64,000 bases of DNA, from IMG/VR virus record IMGVR_UViG_3300025162_000041, positions 18,908 to 82,907 of that record. One strand, given 5' to 3'. The notes under the pieces were generated by a model. That model was given only the letters and a program-made list of their open reading frames with translations. It was not told the origin of the DNA and did not search any database. Every line of letters begins with the position of its first letter. The stretch's first letter is position 1. Below, one piece after another: positions 46,220 through 56,400 of the stretch. A program made the position numbers and the translations under genes. Source of the DNA: a virus.

Positions 46220-46762
46220 ATGAATAAAAAGAACAATTTATTAATACGAGAGATATTGAGTGAGATAGGCATCAACCGAGAAGTTGATCATTTATCACAG
46301 GTAAGAGATATTACTACTAAGGTACAGACATATCAATTTGTGGTAAATGAGATAAAGTATATAATTCAATTTGGATTAGATATAGTTGGGGAGGATACTA
46401 TTTTGGATATATCTTTTAGGAATTTGACAGCGATTGAGAAATTGAAGTCAAAGAAGAATAGTTCTGTTGATGATTTTTATTCTGATTTAGATCAGGCCAA
46501 GTTTGGATTAACGAAGACAGGAAGTTCTATATTTATTTTCAATGAAATTTACAATGTAGTTATAAAATATATAGAAAACAAGATGCCGAGATATATAAAA
46601 TATGAGGCAGTGGAAGACAATAGGAAGAAGCTTTACTCTGCTTTAATTAAAAGAGCAGAAACGGAGACTGCATTAAAGTTTGAAAGAATATTTATGGATC
46701 CGATTACAAATGTTAAGTTAACAGATACCAGTCAAGTATTTGTATATAAAATTAGCTATTAA
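46220..46762 (+). CDS. hypothetical protein
   Basis: LLIREILSE N-terminus; TATTTATA at 46168-46175. Confidence 0.65.
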   Translation: MNKKNNLLIREILSEIGINREVDHLSQVRDITTKVQTYQFVVNEIKYIIQFGLDIVGEDTILDISFRNLTAIEKLKSKKNSSVDDFYSDLDQAKFGLTKTGSSIFIFNEIYNVVIKYIENKMPRYIKYEAVEDNRKKLYSALIKRAETETALKFERIFMDPITNVKLTDTSQVFVYKISY

Positions 46763-46783
46763 ATAAATAGTCCGCCGATTAAG

Positions 46784-49675
46784 ATGAAACCATTGACTGC
46801 TAAATTATCTCAAGAAGTAAATACCGATCAACCGTCCATACAAAAAGAGTATTGGGATACTGGTCTTGGTGCTGCGGGATGTATTTTTGTGGCTAGAGAT
46901 ACTGGAAAAATTCTACTTGCTCATAGAAATCCAAACAAAGATCCTGAACGAGGTCGTGTCGAAGAATCAAACACATGGGCTACTTGGGGAGGAGCAATTA
47001 ATGATGGTGAGACTCCTAAAGAGGCAGTTATGAGAGAGGTCGATGAAGAAACGGGTTACGACGGAGAATATAAACTCGCTTTTCTGTGGACTTATGAGGA
47101 CGAAGAAGAAGGATTTCAATATCACAATTATTTGGCTGTAGTAGATTCCGAGTTTCTTCCGAAACATTCTTGGGAGAATGACATGGGAAAATGGGTAGAG
47201 TGGGGAGAGTGGCCGCATCCCATGCATTGGGGATTAAAAGCATTACTTGATAATGCGGGCGAAAAAATTCATCGAGTTATTACCTTGATTAAGCGGAAGA
47301 AGGCTGGTATAGTTGAAGGAATGACCGCACCACCAGCAATTGTGCAACATGTAGCAAAAAATGCTACTGCGAACTACAATATTACAAATACCTATATTGC
47401 AGCCACTACTTTGTGGGGAGAAGCCCGCGAGAATGGAAGGCAGGGAATGCAAGCTGTGATGAATGTTATTATGAATCGGGCCAATGGAGACTTCAGCAAG
47501 GCAAAGGATATTGTATTGGCTCACAATCAATTTTCGGTATGGAATAATGTTACTAATGCCGAACAAACGGCATTTACTGCTGCCAGTCAATATCGTAATG
47601 ATGAAGAATGGCAACGGGCTATTCGTATTGTGGATTTAGCTGCTAGGGGACATCTTCCTGATATTACAGGCGGAGCAACACACTATTTCAATCCAAAGAA
47701 ACCAGAGAAAACATGGGTAGAGACGGAAATTAAAAAAGTTGGTAAAAAAGTTGGTATAAAAATGTTAGCTCCAGATTGGGCACATAGTATGAATTGTACT
47801 ATCGTTATCAAAAAGCATATATTTCTTAAACTGGCACCAATTGTTAAGAGTCATGCATCTCATAAACCATCGTCACCACCACCAATTATCAAGAAAAAGA
47901 AAATAAAAAAAGGGAAGGCTCATGGTGCTATTCGTGAAATGACGGATGCTCAAGACTCCAACGAAATTGTTCCCGTCAAGAAAGGGATTGTGGGAGATGG
48001 AATATGGGAATACGAATTGAAGTCCTCCCATTCATATTTGCGTTATAGATATGAGCCAGATACAAAGATATTTTATCTTGATAATATTGGCACTCCTAAG
48101 CCAGAGGATAAAAACAAAGGCTATGCTAAGGCTCTTCTCGAAACCTTTTTTCGGCTTATTGCGAAGCAAAATGGGGCATTGGACAGTGGACCATTTACAG
48201 TTTCAGGTACAGCATATATAAAACATGTTGTCAAGCGATTTGCACAAAAATACAATATAAATTTAGTCCAGGGGCGAGACGAAGTGAATGAAGCAGTGCA
48301 ACGTGCTTCATCAAACATTACAGAATCTAAACTTGATTTTTCGGTGGAAGGAAAGAATATACCGCCTGAGGAAGTAAAAAAAGCTATACAGCTTCTTTAT
48401 CGCTTTTTTAAAGAACGAGACACTATGGTATGGCTTATGTCTCATAAGTGGTTTTTGGTTTCTGCAAAGACTGATCGTACTTGGATAGACGGAGAACGGT
48501 ATGAGTTTGATTACATTCCAGTCAAGGGAAAAGAAGTGACGAGAAAGCCGTTTGATGGATTGGACTACACCCGAAAGATGAAGATGTTTCGCACGCCGAA
48601 AGACGCCATTGACTACATGACAGCCAATGAAAAGAAACATGAAGGTCATTATGCCTTCCGTGGGATGAACATGGCCGAATGGGTAGATGCCCAAAAGCAA
48701 GGATACATCAAGTCCAAGGCCGAATACAATTTAGGTGGAGTTTTGCAGACATATTACGGGTCGAATTGGAGCACTGCTCATAGTTATGCAGGAGGATTTG
48801 CCCCGTTTGACAAGGAACCTACGAGGTCTTTGCCCGGAGTCATTATCGCCGTTCCATTTGAGTCAACTAAAGATGCCAAAGCAACGACGGGAATGGGAAC
48901 TCATGGTGATGGTGAACGAGTAGCAGAAAAAATACCTCTCGATCAAGTAAAGGGGGTGTGGTATATTGTTCCGACTGAAGTGGGTAGAGGGTCCATAGAA
49001 TTAGTCTTAAAAGATGGAAATTTGGACAGAGGCTCTGCTTGTCCTCCATCGGCGAAGTTTGTTATTGTCCCGAAGGAAGGTATTTCCAGAGAGTTGAACG
49101 AGGCATATGGTGATCAAGGAGACCATGTGATATTTGGTGGAGTGTTTTATCCTGACCGAGTTGTGGCAAATATAGTTAAGAGTCATGATAATTATTTTGG
49201 GCATACACATGAGCATGGGCCGACTCGTTGGGTGTATTATCAGGGAATGAAGACTGTATTCTGGCATCAGTATCCGCCTGCGATACCAGAGTGGGAAGTG
49301 ATTGTGAAAGATTGGCTGGAAAAACATGGTTATGAAGTAGAAAGACAGACCGACAAAGAACAATATTATAAAATGATGTCATGGTTTCAGAAGAAGGGTC
49401 TGTTAAAAGAGATGGAAGATGCTGCTGTGATTTTAGGCGCACTTAACAAAGATGGATCGAATATGCAGCCTGTGCGTAGTGCTAATCAATTGGATAATCA
49501 TCCGCCACATATGAAGGTGACAGATGTACGATGGCGTTATTATCCAGAACTTCAACAATTGGATTGGCAAGGCAAACCGACACCAGAAGAACATGAGGGC
49601 ACAAAAGAATTTCTAGCGCAGCGAGGATTAATTGTACGCCGAGTCCATTATCTCGCAGGGATGCCGAAAAGATAG
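46784..49675 (+). CDS. multidomain protein: NUDIX hydrolase + SleB-like cell wall hydrolase + GNAT + ART-like + 2 small repeats
   Basis: Nudix box GGAINDGETPKEAVMREVDEETGY; GEARE..GMQAV.NVIMNR..QFSVWN..GATHY; KNKGYAKALL; YAFRGM. Confidence 0.8.
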   Translation: MKPLTAKLSQEVNTDQPSIQKEYWDTGLGAAGCIFVARDTGKILLAHRNPNKDPERGRVEESNTWATWGGAINDGETPKEAVMREVDEETGYDGEYKLAFLWTYEDEEEGFQYHNYLAVVDSEFLPKHSWENDMGKWVEWGEWPHPMHWGLKALLDNAGEKIHRVITLIKRKKAGIVEGMTAPPAIVQHVAKNATANYNITNTYIAATTLWGEARENGRQGMQAVMNVIMNRANGDFSKAKDIVLAHNQFSVWNNVTNAEQTAFTAASQYRNDEEWQRAIRIVDLAARGHLPDITGGATHYFNPKKPEKTWVETEIKKVGKKVGIKMLAPDWAHSMNCTIVIKKHIFLKLAPIVKSHASHKPSSPPPIIKKKKIKKGKAHGAIREMTDAQDSNEIVPVKKGIVGDGIWEYELKSSHSYLRYRYEPDTKIFYLDNIGTPKPEDKNKGYAKALLETFFRLIAKQNGALDSGPFTVSGTAYIKHVVKRFAQKYNINLVQGRDEVNEAVQRASSNITESKLDFSVEGKNIPPEEVKKAIQLLYRFFKERDTMVWLMSHKWFLVSAKTDRTWIDGERYEFDYIPVKGKEVTRKPFDGLDYTRKMKMFRTPKDAIDYMTANEKKHEGHYAFRGMNMAEWVDAQKQGYIKSKAEYNLGGVLQTYYGSNWSTAHSYAGGFAPFDKEPTRSLPGVIIAVPFESTKDAKATTGMGTHGDGERVAEKIPLDQVKGVWYIVPTEVGRGSIELVLKDGNLDRGSACPPSAKFVIVPKEGISRELNEAYGDQGDHVIFGGVFYPDRVVANIVKSHDNYFGHTHEHGPTRWVYYQGMKTVFWHQYPPAIPEWEVIVKDWLEKHGYEVERQTDKEQYYKMMSWFQKKGLLKEMEDAAVILGALNKDGSNMQPVRSANQLDNHPPHMKVTDVRWRYYPELQQLDWQGKPTPEEHEGTKEFLAQRGLIVRRVHYLAGMPKR

Positions 49676-49676
49676 A

Positions 49677-50372
49677 TCATTTTGTCTTAAGGGTCGGTTT
49701 AAGCCATATACCTTTGCTTTCAATTACTTCCCATAAAAAGGGATGAGATTGTAGAATCCATATAGCCTTTCTCCAGTTTGCACTGAATGCTTTACAGAGT
49801 TCAATTTGCATCATTTCTTTTGTAACTGGGATAAAATCTTCAATGGTGCGAAATTCATCAATCGCATCGTGTATTTCCTGGCTAATGGAAAATCCAAGTT
49901 GGCATGAAAATCTGATAGCGCGACAAATCCGAAGTCGGTCTTCTTTGAATCGGTCAATGGCGTTTCCTACCGACTGAATGGATTTAGCAGCAATATCATA
50001 TTGTCCATTGAATGGGTCAATAAGTATCAAAGACCCAACTTCCCGGGCAATGGCGTTCAGTCTGAAATCTCTTCTGGCGAGGTCATCTTCTATTGTTAGG
50101 GCGGGTGTTACACTATCTGGATGGCGAGCATCGGTGTAGAATGCTTCTTTGCGAGCAAGTGTAAAATCAACTGCCCCAAGAACGGGATGTTTAGCACGGA
50201 TGGATACAAATTGGGGGCGCTCTTGATAAAATGTACATCCAATGTCTAATAGATGTTGCCGCATTGTCTCATAATCTGGAGAAATTACGGCAAAATCTCT
50301 GTCACTCGGAGGTCGTCCCATCAATTCATTTCGAATGGAGCCACCGACTTCAAATATTCGGATATTAGTCAT
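49677..50372 (-). CDS. tRNA nucleotidyltransferase / poly(A) polymerase (CCA-adding family)
   Basis: VGGSIRN..DRDF, DLARRDF and EDRLR..RAIRF; promoter TTGACA-16-TATATT. Confidence 0.9.
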   Translation of the reverse strand: MTNIRIFEVGGSIRNELMGRPPSDRDFAVISPDYETMRQHLLDIGCTFYQERPQFVSIRAKHPVLGAVDFTLARKEAFYTDARHPDSVTPALTIEDDLARRDFRLNAIAREVGSLILIDPFNGQYDIAAKSIQSVGNAIDRFKEDRLRICRAIRFSCQLGFSISQEIHDAIDEFRTIEDFIPVTKEMMQIELCKAFSANWRKAIWILQSHPFLWEVIESKGIWLKPTLKTK

Positions 50373-50467
50373 TACAACCAATATATCACGTTTATTTGAA
50401 ATGTCAATGGGGGGTTTCAGTTTTATTGGGTTCATCATAATGTCCGAAAGGTTTATATTTATATCAA

Positions 50468-51175
50468 ATGGCTATGATAAAACTAAAAACACTTATAATG
50501 GAAGAAAGCTCCGATAGTATTGATTTGCAAGAAATCGCGAATTTACTTGAGCGAGGATATGGGGTTGTATTCGATACCAATGAAGTTCATGCCCGACCAG
50601 TGGGGCATTCGATTGAGATAATATTTAGATATCTCGACCATCCATATAAAAAATTCGAACATAATACTGGAAGGTATAAAATTATAATTGATATTCGGTC
50701 ATCATTATATCATGGAAAATATCCGTCGGCTATATTAAAACAAAACATACCAGATATAGAATATTTTGTAAGTTTCGAGGAGGAATCTCATTTCAAATCT
50801 ACAAGCCAAAAATCTTCGTCGGAAGACTCTGACGATTCGTGGGAAGATCAAGGAGAACTTTCAGGTGATTCATGGAAAGGCACGGAGCCAGAAGAACTTC
50901 CCGACGATTCGTGGAAAGATACCACTCACGGGAAAATTATACAACATATAGGAAATTGGATGAAAGATTTCAGGGACCGTGATATATGGCAAATTTTATA
51001 TCTTCGTATGCAAGAACCGGATTGGAAAGAAAGCATAAACAAAATCACTTTTGCGGGAGAAAATTGGTCATTATATAAAATAGTTTTATTATCAAAAGAA
51101 ATTATTGATAACAACCTTGAATATTTTAATGGAGACGTAAAGCATGTAAACAAAAGGTATCCTAGAAAAATGTGA
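50468..51175 (+). CDS. hypothetical protein
   Basis: MIKLKTLIMEE N-terminus; TATTTATA at 50456-50463; DDSWK-type repeats. Confidence 0.7.
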   Translation: MAMIKLKTLIMEESSDSIDLQEIANLLERGYGVVFDTNEVHARPVGHSIEIIFRYLDHPYKKFEHNTGRYKIIIDIRSSLYHGKYPSAILKQNIPDIEYFVSFEEESHFKSTSQKSSSEDSDDSWEDQGELSGDSWKGTEPEELPDDSWKDTTHGKIIQHIGNWMKDFRDRDIWQILYLRMQEPDWKESINKITFAGENWSLYKIVLLSKEIIDNNLEYFNGDVKHVNKRYPRKM

Positions 51176-51177
51176 GT

Positions 51178-51682
51178 ATGGTGAATGCTCCCAACCTCTA
51201 AAGAGATTGGGCTTCTATGGTTCTTTAACGAGTACCAATGGAGTCCATCCCGAATCCAAACTCAAATTGTATGACATTGCTTGAAACATTATTCCGTATG
51301 GAAAGGTTAATTAGACCTTCGTCAGCATCTTCCGCTTTGCGATTGGTTTCTCCCAATGTTGTCCATCATAATATATGATTGAGAAACAGAAAGCAACTTA
51401 TTATATTCGTGGGTCGCCATTCATCCCAAGGTCTAAAGACGCTTGGGTTTTCTGGCGACACGGAGATAAAACTGAAAGCATTACTGGAAGGAACGGGGAT
51501 ATCGGTGGTTGTTTGTCACGGAAAAACGTCCACACGATATTGAGGGTTATGGAGATTATATATATAAAATTTATATTAAGAACGCCGTGTGTATTCTCGA
51601 TGATCCGTATGGTGCCAATGATATTGCATATGCATATGTGTATCACATAAGCAATCCGCCAAAATGGGAATCGTATGATTAA
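51178..51682 (+). pseudogene. disrupted gene MIKLKALLEGTGISVVVCHG...
   Basis: ATG at 51178-51180 joins ATAAAACTGAAAGCATTACTGGAA at 51466 once the element is removed; the downstream part (YGDYIYKIYIKN...WESYD*) is in another frame. Confidence 0.6.
51181..51465 (-). mobile_element. ORF-less IS605 mini-element, omega-RNA cognate to the tnpB at 230-1375
   Basis: Minus strand: TTAT target, AAAA and left-end hairpin, TTGCTT-17-TATTAT promoter, gcaaagcggaagatgctg (cf. tnpB 1140-1157), gatggactc...GAAG-hairpin-agcatTCAC. Confidence 0.87.
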
Positions 51683-52436
51683 ATTACGTTTACTGTTGTT
51701 GGAGAGTCGCCTTGAGAAACTATACAAGGAACTCAATGACAATGCCCGCAACTATAACATTGCCAAAGTAGCGGGGGACGATTGGCAAATGAAAAATAGC
51801 AAAAAGAATATCTTGTTGCTGGCGGCTGAAATTAAGCGAGAGAAAGCAAAGAGTCCAGAAGAATTGGATAGAGATGCTTTCCTTCGTCATCATTACACGG
51901 GTTATATATCATCAGATGCTTATGGTCAGTATAAAAAAGAGGGTGGGCTATCGTGGTTGGGAGATAAATCAAAGTATCCTATTCTTCTACACGGGGGGAA
52001 ATATGGTCCGTTTGATGTAGAATTTCGACAGACTGGGCAAGTAAATAGATATACGAAAACAGATTCTAATGGCGATATTGTTCGGGATGCAAACGGAATA
52101 GCAATGGATATGACTCCTGAAGAGATAAAGTCGGATGGTCTTGCCGAGTATGATGAAACTGTTGTTGCCTTTGTTGGCAATAAGCCTGTAGGATTTGCAA
52201 GCAATGAATTTGGTGCAGTTGGAGTGTGGGTTGAGGAGGCGTTTCAGAAAGTTGGCATTGGAACCGACTTAATGGATATGCATATTGAATTAAGGCCAAG
52301 AGTAAAAACTGGCAAGTCAAAAATTGGTCAGGCTACCAATGCTGGAATTTCTTTGATGAAAGCTTATCATCGCAAAATGAGCAGAAAGCACGGCACGGGA
52401 TGGTTCGGACAATTAAAAGTATCCAAAAATGATTAA
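51675..52436 (+). CDS. protein with C-terminal GNAT acetyltransferase-like domain
   Basis: MIKLRLLLLES N-terminus; VWVEEAFQKVGIGTDL motif A. Confidence 0.7.
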   Translation: MIKLRLLLLESRLEKLYKELNDNARNYNIAKVAGDDWQMKNSKKNILLLAAEIKREKAKSPEELDRDAFLRHHYTGYISSDAYGQYKKEGGLSWLGDKSKYPILLHGGKYGPFDVEFRQTGQVNRYTKTDSNGDIVRDANGIAMDMTPEEIKSDGLAEYDETVVAFVGNKPVGFASNEFGAVGVWVEEAFQKVGIGTDLMDMHIELRPRVKTGKSKIGQATNAGISLMKAYHRKMSRKHGTGWFGQLKVSKND

Positions 52437-52602
52437 AATACATTCTATGATTCTATTCCCGCAAAGTATTTGAACTCATAGAACACGAGTAAAGAACTAC
52501 TTATAGTTATGAGAATTTCAGTCATTCCCGAGTTCACACAAAAGATAATGGAATTACACGAAGACAAATCGCAAAAGATTCTTCGGAGGGAGTTATTATA
52601 AA

Positions 52603-55600
52603 ATGAGCTTTGATAACACTCCAAACCGCCTCGAATCCATACATATCCAACGGGATACTACTAATGGTTGGGCTGAAGAAATCCATATTAGTGGAAGCAA
52701 TCTTGTCATCTACCATGACGAAGCGGGTCTTCTCACGGCGGATAAAGTAAGTGTTTGGGCGATAAAATATGGTATTGGGAGTGGTGGAGGCATAATTCCT
52801 GGCGGTTCATATAATATTTCTGCATCATATGCTTCCGGGTCCACTTCTTCGTCGTATGCTCTTACCGCGTCATATTCGTTGAATGGTGGTGGGACTGGCA
52901 TTGTAGATGGTGGTTCGTATAATATAAGTGCGTCGTGGGCATCTGCCTCAATCAGTGCTTCAATTGCTTCTACGGCATCATATGTCTCATCCAGTAATAT
53001 AATTGGGAGTATTACCGCTTTAAGTGCATCATGGGCGTCGGCAAGTATATCTAGTTCCTATGCTCTTACCGCGTCATATTCTTTGAATAGTGGTGGGACT
53101 GGCATTGTAGATGGTGGCTCATACAATATTTCTGCATCTTGGGCAAGCGCATCATTTCAATCTTATTATGCTACCCAATCCCTTTATGCCACGCAATCCA
53201 TTTCGGCGTCTTATGTATCGGCATCAAATGTTAGTGGAACGGTGACGAGCGCCTCGTATGCGTTGAGTGCATCATGGGCACCCGATATTGAGTTTGCATC
53301 TGCATCATGGGCATCTAGTTCTATTTCTTCTAGTTATGCGGTGTCTTCTTCTTATGGATTAAGTTCGTCGTATGGATTGTCTTCTTCTTATAGTTTATAT
53401 ACTACAAGTGCTTCATACAGTCTAAGTGCATCGTGGGTAAGCGACTTAACATTTATTACATTATCACAAACTGCTTCGTATATTTCTTCTTCAGCAATAT
53501 TTGATAATAAAGTATATAATCTTACATCATCAAATGCATTAACTGCTTCATATATTTCATCCAGCAATATTATTGGGATAGTGACTGCATTATCAGCATC
53601 ATGGGCATCTTCAAGTATATCTTCCAGCTATGCTACATGGACATATACAAATATAATAACAAAGGAACCTAGTGGATTTCCTAACAGGACTAATACAACT
53701 TTAAGTTATGATAGTAGTTCGCATAAATTGATGATTTCTGGTTCCAATTGGAAAGTATATTGTAATGGGCAGGAGTTTATTAAAAATAATGAAGATATTG
53801 TTTTGAATACTCCGACTAAAGGTAATCTGTATTACATTTATTATGATACCGCCGGTGTTATTCAACAATCTTTAACCGAATGGACATTCCAAATTGGTGT
53901 TGCTCCAATCTGTACAGTGTATCTTGGAAATGGTGCGGGCAATGGATTTTTAAGTGACGAGCGGCACGGTATTTTAATGGATGGTGCCACACATGAATAT
54001 TTGCATGATACTATTGGTCCTCGGTATGGTAGTGGATTTACTTGGAGTACTACTACTGCATCATTAGGCAAATATACTATTAGTGCTGGTGAATGGTATG
54101 ATGATGATAATGCGTATACGATTAATTATATTCAGAGTAGTAGTTTAATGGCATATTATAGTCAATCAATGGTTGTATCTACTGTTGAAACTAGTTCTGT
54201 GTGGAATGGTGGCGTTCCAAAATATAATAATACAACTTTAGGAACACTTGTTAATGTTACTGGCGGAAATGCAGTATGTTATTTTGTATATGCTATTAAT
54301 GGAAATAGTAATACTTTATTGTCAATATATGGACAACGAGTTGATACTTCTGTAGCAAATGCCAGAACAAATAATACGCCTGATACATTGATATTTGGTA
54401 ATTTCCCATTCAGAGAAGCCAAGTTATTATATCGTGTTATTGTAACCACGGCTGGTATATCAGAGACAACTGATTATAGGACTGCTCAATATGCTGGAAG
54501 TACTTTTACACCAACTTCTCATGGGTCATTGACAGGTTTAACAAGTGATGATCATCCTCAGTATTTATTATTGGCTGGGCGAAGTGGGCAAACAATTACA
54601 GATCAAGTTACAATTACTGGAGTTACGTCTTCTTTATATGGTACTGCATCGTGGGCTACAAATGCATTAACTGCTTCTTATGTTTCTTCCAGTAATATTA
54701 TTGGTAACATTACATCTTTAAGTGCATCGTGGGCAAGTGCATCGATATCATCAAGTTATACATTAACTGCTTCCTTTGCTTCTACGCCGTGGATGAGTGC
54801 GGGTGGAAATATATATTATTTATCTGGCAATGTTGGAATTGGAATTATATCCCCTATAAATAAACTAGATGTAGTGGGTAATATTTCTTGTTCTGTTATT
54901 ACTGCTTCATTGTTTTATGGTACTGCCAGTTATATTTCATTTGCTCCATTTGCTACATCAGCTTCATGGGCATCGTCATCAATTAATGCAATAACATCAA
55001 TTACTGCTACTCAATCATTATATTCTACACAATCATTATATGCCACAAGTGCTTCGTGGGTAAGTGCATCTGCGTTTATTACGTTATCACAGACAGCGAG
55101 TTACATTTCATCGTCAGCAATATTTGATAAAACTACATATAATCACACAGCATCGTGGGCTATAATTGCAGTTACTTCATTGACGAGTACTCAATCACTG
55201 TATGCAACAAGTTCGATTTATGCTATATCTGCATCATGGGTTAGTGCTTCTGTATTTATCACCACTGCACAAACTGCGTCGTATATTACCTCAAGCAACA
55301 TTGTTGGTTATGTTACCGCTTTAAGTTCCTCTTGGGCAAGTGCATCATTAAGTTCGAGTTGGTTGAGTGTATTAAGTGTAAGTGACAATAATCCGTACAA
55401 TATTATATTAAGTTCGGGAACTAGTACGCAACATGCTATTGCTGGGGGGACAACTTCACAAATATCTTTTAATCCTGGGACAAGTGTATTTAATGTAGGA
55501 ACTAGTATTACTTCAACTAGTATTACTTCAAGTTTATGTGGTACTGCATCATGGGCGCAGAGTGCATCATATGCTATAACGGCTTCATATGTTTCGTCCA

Positions 55601-56013
55601 GTAATATTATTGGTTATATAACAGCATATAGTAGTTCGTGGGCTAGTGCTTCAATCAGTGCTTCCTATGCTTTAACTTCTTCAGTATCGGTAAGTTCTTC
55701 CATTGCTAACACCGCAAGTTATGTTCAGGGAGGAAATGTCATGGGAACCGTGGTATCTGCAAGTTATGCAAAAAATGCACAACTTATCATCGATATGGAT
55801 TGGCATTTGATGCGAAATAGCAATACAAGTTTACAAACCACGCATAATTTTGTACCAGGCACAATACTTTTGGCACGCAATGGAATACTTTGTACTTCGG
55901 ATTATATTACTACTGAATATGATTATTTTGAATCGGGCAGTAATTATATACAACTTCATTTTTCGATGTCGGGAGATACGAAAATGATGGTGGTTTACGT
56001 ATTATCGCCATGA
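52603..56013 (+). CDS. Ser/Ala-rich tail fibre-like protein
   Basis: SASWASASISSSYA repeats, GNVGIG and HGSLTGL.SDDHPQY motifs. Confidence 0.75.
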   Translation: MSFDNTPNRLESIHIQRDTTNGWAEEIHISGSNLVIYHDEAGLLTADKVSVWAIKYGIGSGGGIIPGGSYNISASYASGSTSSSYALTASYSLNGGGTGIVDGGSYNISASWASASISASIASTASYVSSSNIIGSITALSASWASASISSSYALTASYSLNSGGTGIVDGGSYNISASWASASFQSYYATQSLYATQSISASYVSASNVSGTVTSASYALSASWAPDIEFASASWASSSISSSYAVSSSYGLSSSYGLSSSYSLYTTSASYSLSASWVSDLTFITLSQTASYISSSAIFDNKVYNLTSSNALTASYISSSNIIGIVTALSASWASSSISSSYATWTYTNIITKEPSGFPNRTNTTLSYDSSSHKLMISGSNWKVYCNGQEFIKNNEDIVLNTPTKGNLYYIYYDTAGVIQQSLTEWTFQIGVAPICTVYLGNGAGNGFLSDERHGILMDGATHEYLHDTIGPRYGSGFTWSTTTASLGKYTISAGEWYDDDNAYTINYIQSSSLMAYYSQSMVVSTVETSSVWNGGVPKYNNTTLGTLVNVTGGNAVCYFVYAINGNSNTLLSIYGQRVDTSVANARTNNTPDTLIFGNFPFREAKLLYRVIVTTAGISETTDYRTAQYAGSTFTPTSHGSLTGLTSDDHPQYLLLAGRSGQTITDQVTITGVTSSLYGTASWATNALTASYVSSSNIIGNITSLSASWASASISSSYTLTASFASTPWMSAGGNIYYLSGNVGIGIISPINKLDVVGNISCSVITASLFYGTASYISFAPFATSASWASSSINAITSITATQSLYSTQSLYATSASWVSASAFITLSQTASYISSSAIFDKTTYNHTASWAIIAVTSLTSTQSLYATSSIYAISASWVSASVFITTAQTASYITSSNIVGYVTALSSSWASASLSSSWLSVLSVSDNNPYNIILSSGTSTQHAIAGGTTSQISFNPGTSVFNVGTSITSTSITSSLCGTASWAQSASYAITASYVSSSNIIGYITAYSSSWASASISASYALTSSVSVSSSIANTASYVQGGNVMGTVVSASYAKNAQLIIDMDWHLMRNSNTSLQTTHNFVPGTILLARNGILCTSDYITTEYDYFESGSNYIQLHFSMSGDTKMMVVYVLSP

Positions 56014-56051
56014 AACAATCTAATACTTATGATTTAGAAAAAATATAATAT

Positions 56052-56372
56052 ATGAAAACTACATCTATTTTAAATGATTTTAAGGATATTTTAATATCTG
56101 AAGAAGGAGCTACGGGCGACATGGAATGTGTCACCGTGACCAATGGCACAGAAATATGGCAGGGGTGGCGATGGCAATATAATAAGGGAACTTCTGTTGG
56201 ATGCTTAGGCAATCCACCGGCCAAAGGTTTTGACTGGGATGGAATAAAGTGGAAGGTGCTTAAAGAAAAGAAAAAACCTAAGTTTCGTAAGAAGAAGTGC
56301 AATACCATCGTATATCGTCCCAGCGCAGCAATTATGCAATTTCCGTCATTCATTTTAGATGGTAAGAACTGA
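56052..56372 (+). CDS. hypothetical protein
   Basis: 106-aa ORF between the fibre genes. Confidence 0.55.
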   Translation: MKTTSILNDFKDILISEEGATGDMECVTVTNGTEIWQGWRWQYNKGTSVGCLGNPPAKGFDWDGIKWKVLKEKKKPKFRKKKCNTIVYRPSAAIMQFPSFILDGKN

Positions 56373-56400
56373 ACAATCACTTATATTTATACTTATATGC

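Noticed and set aside
51375-51751. ORFs 51375-51650 (+) and 51401-51751 (-)
   Set aside because: They span the mini-element end and a decayed gene and show no protein-like features.
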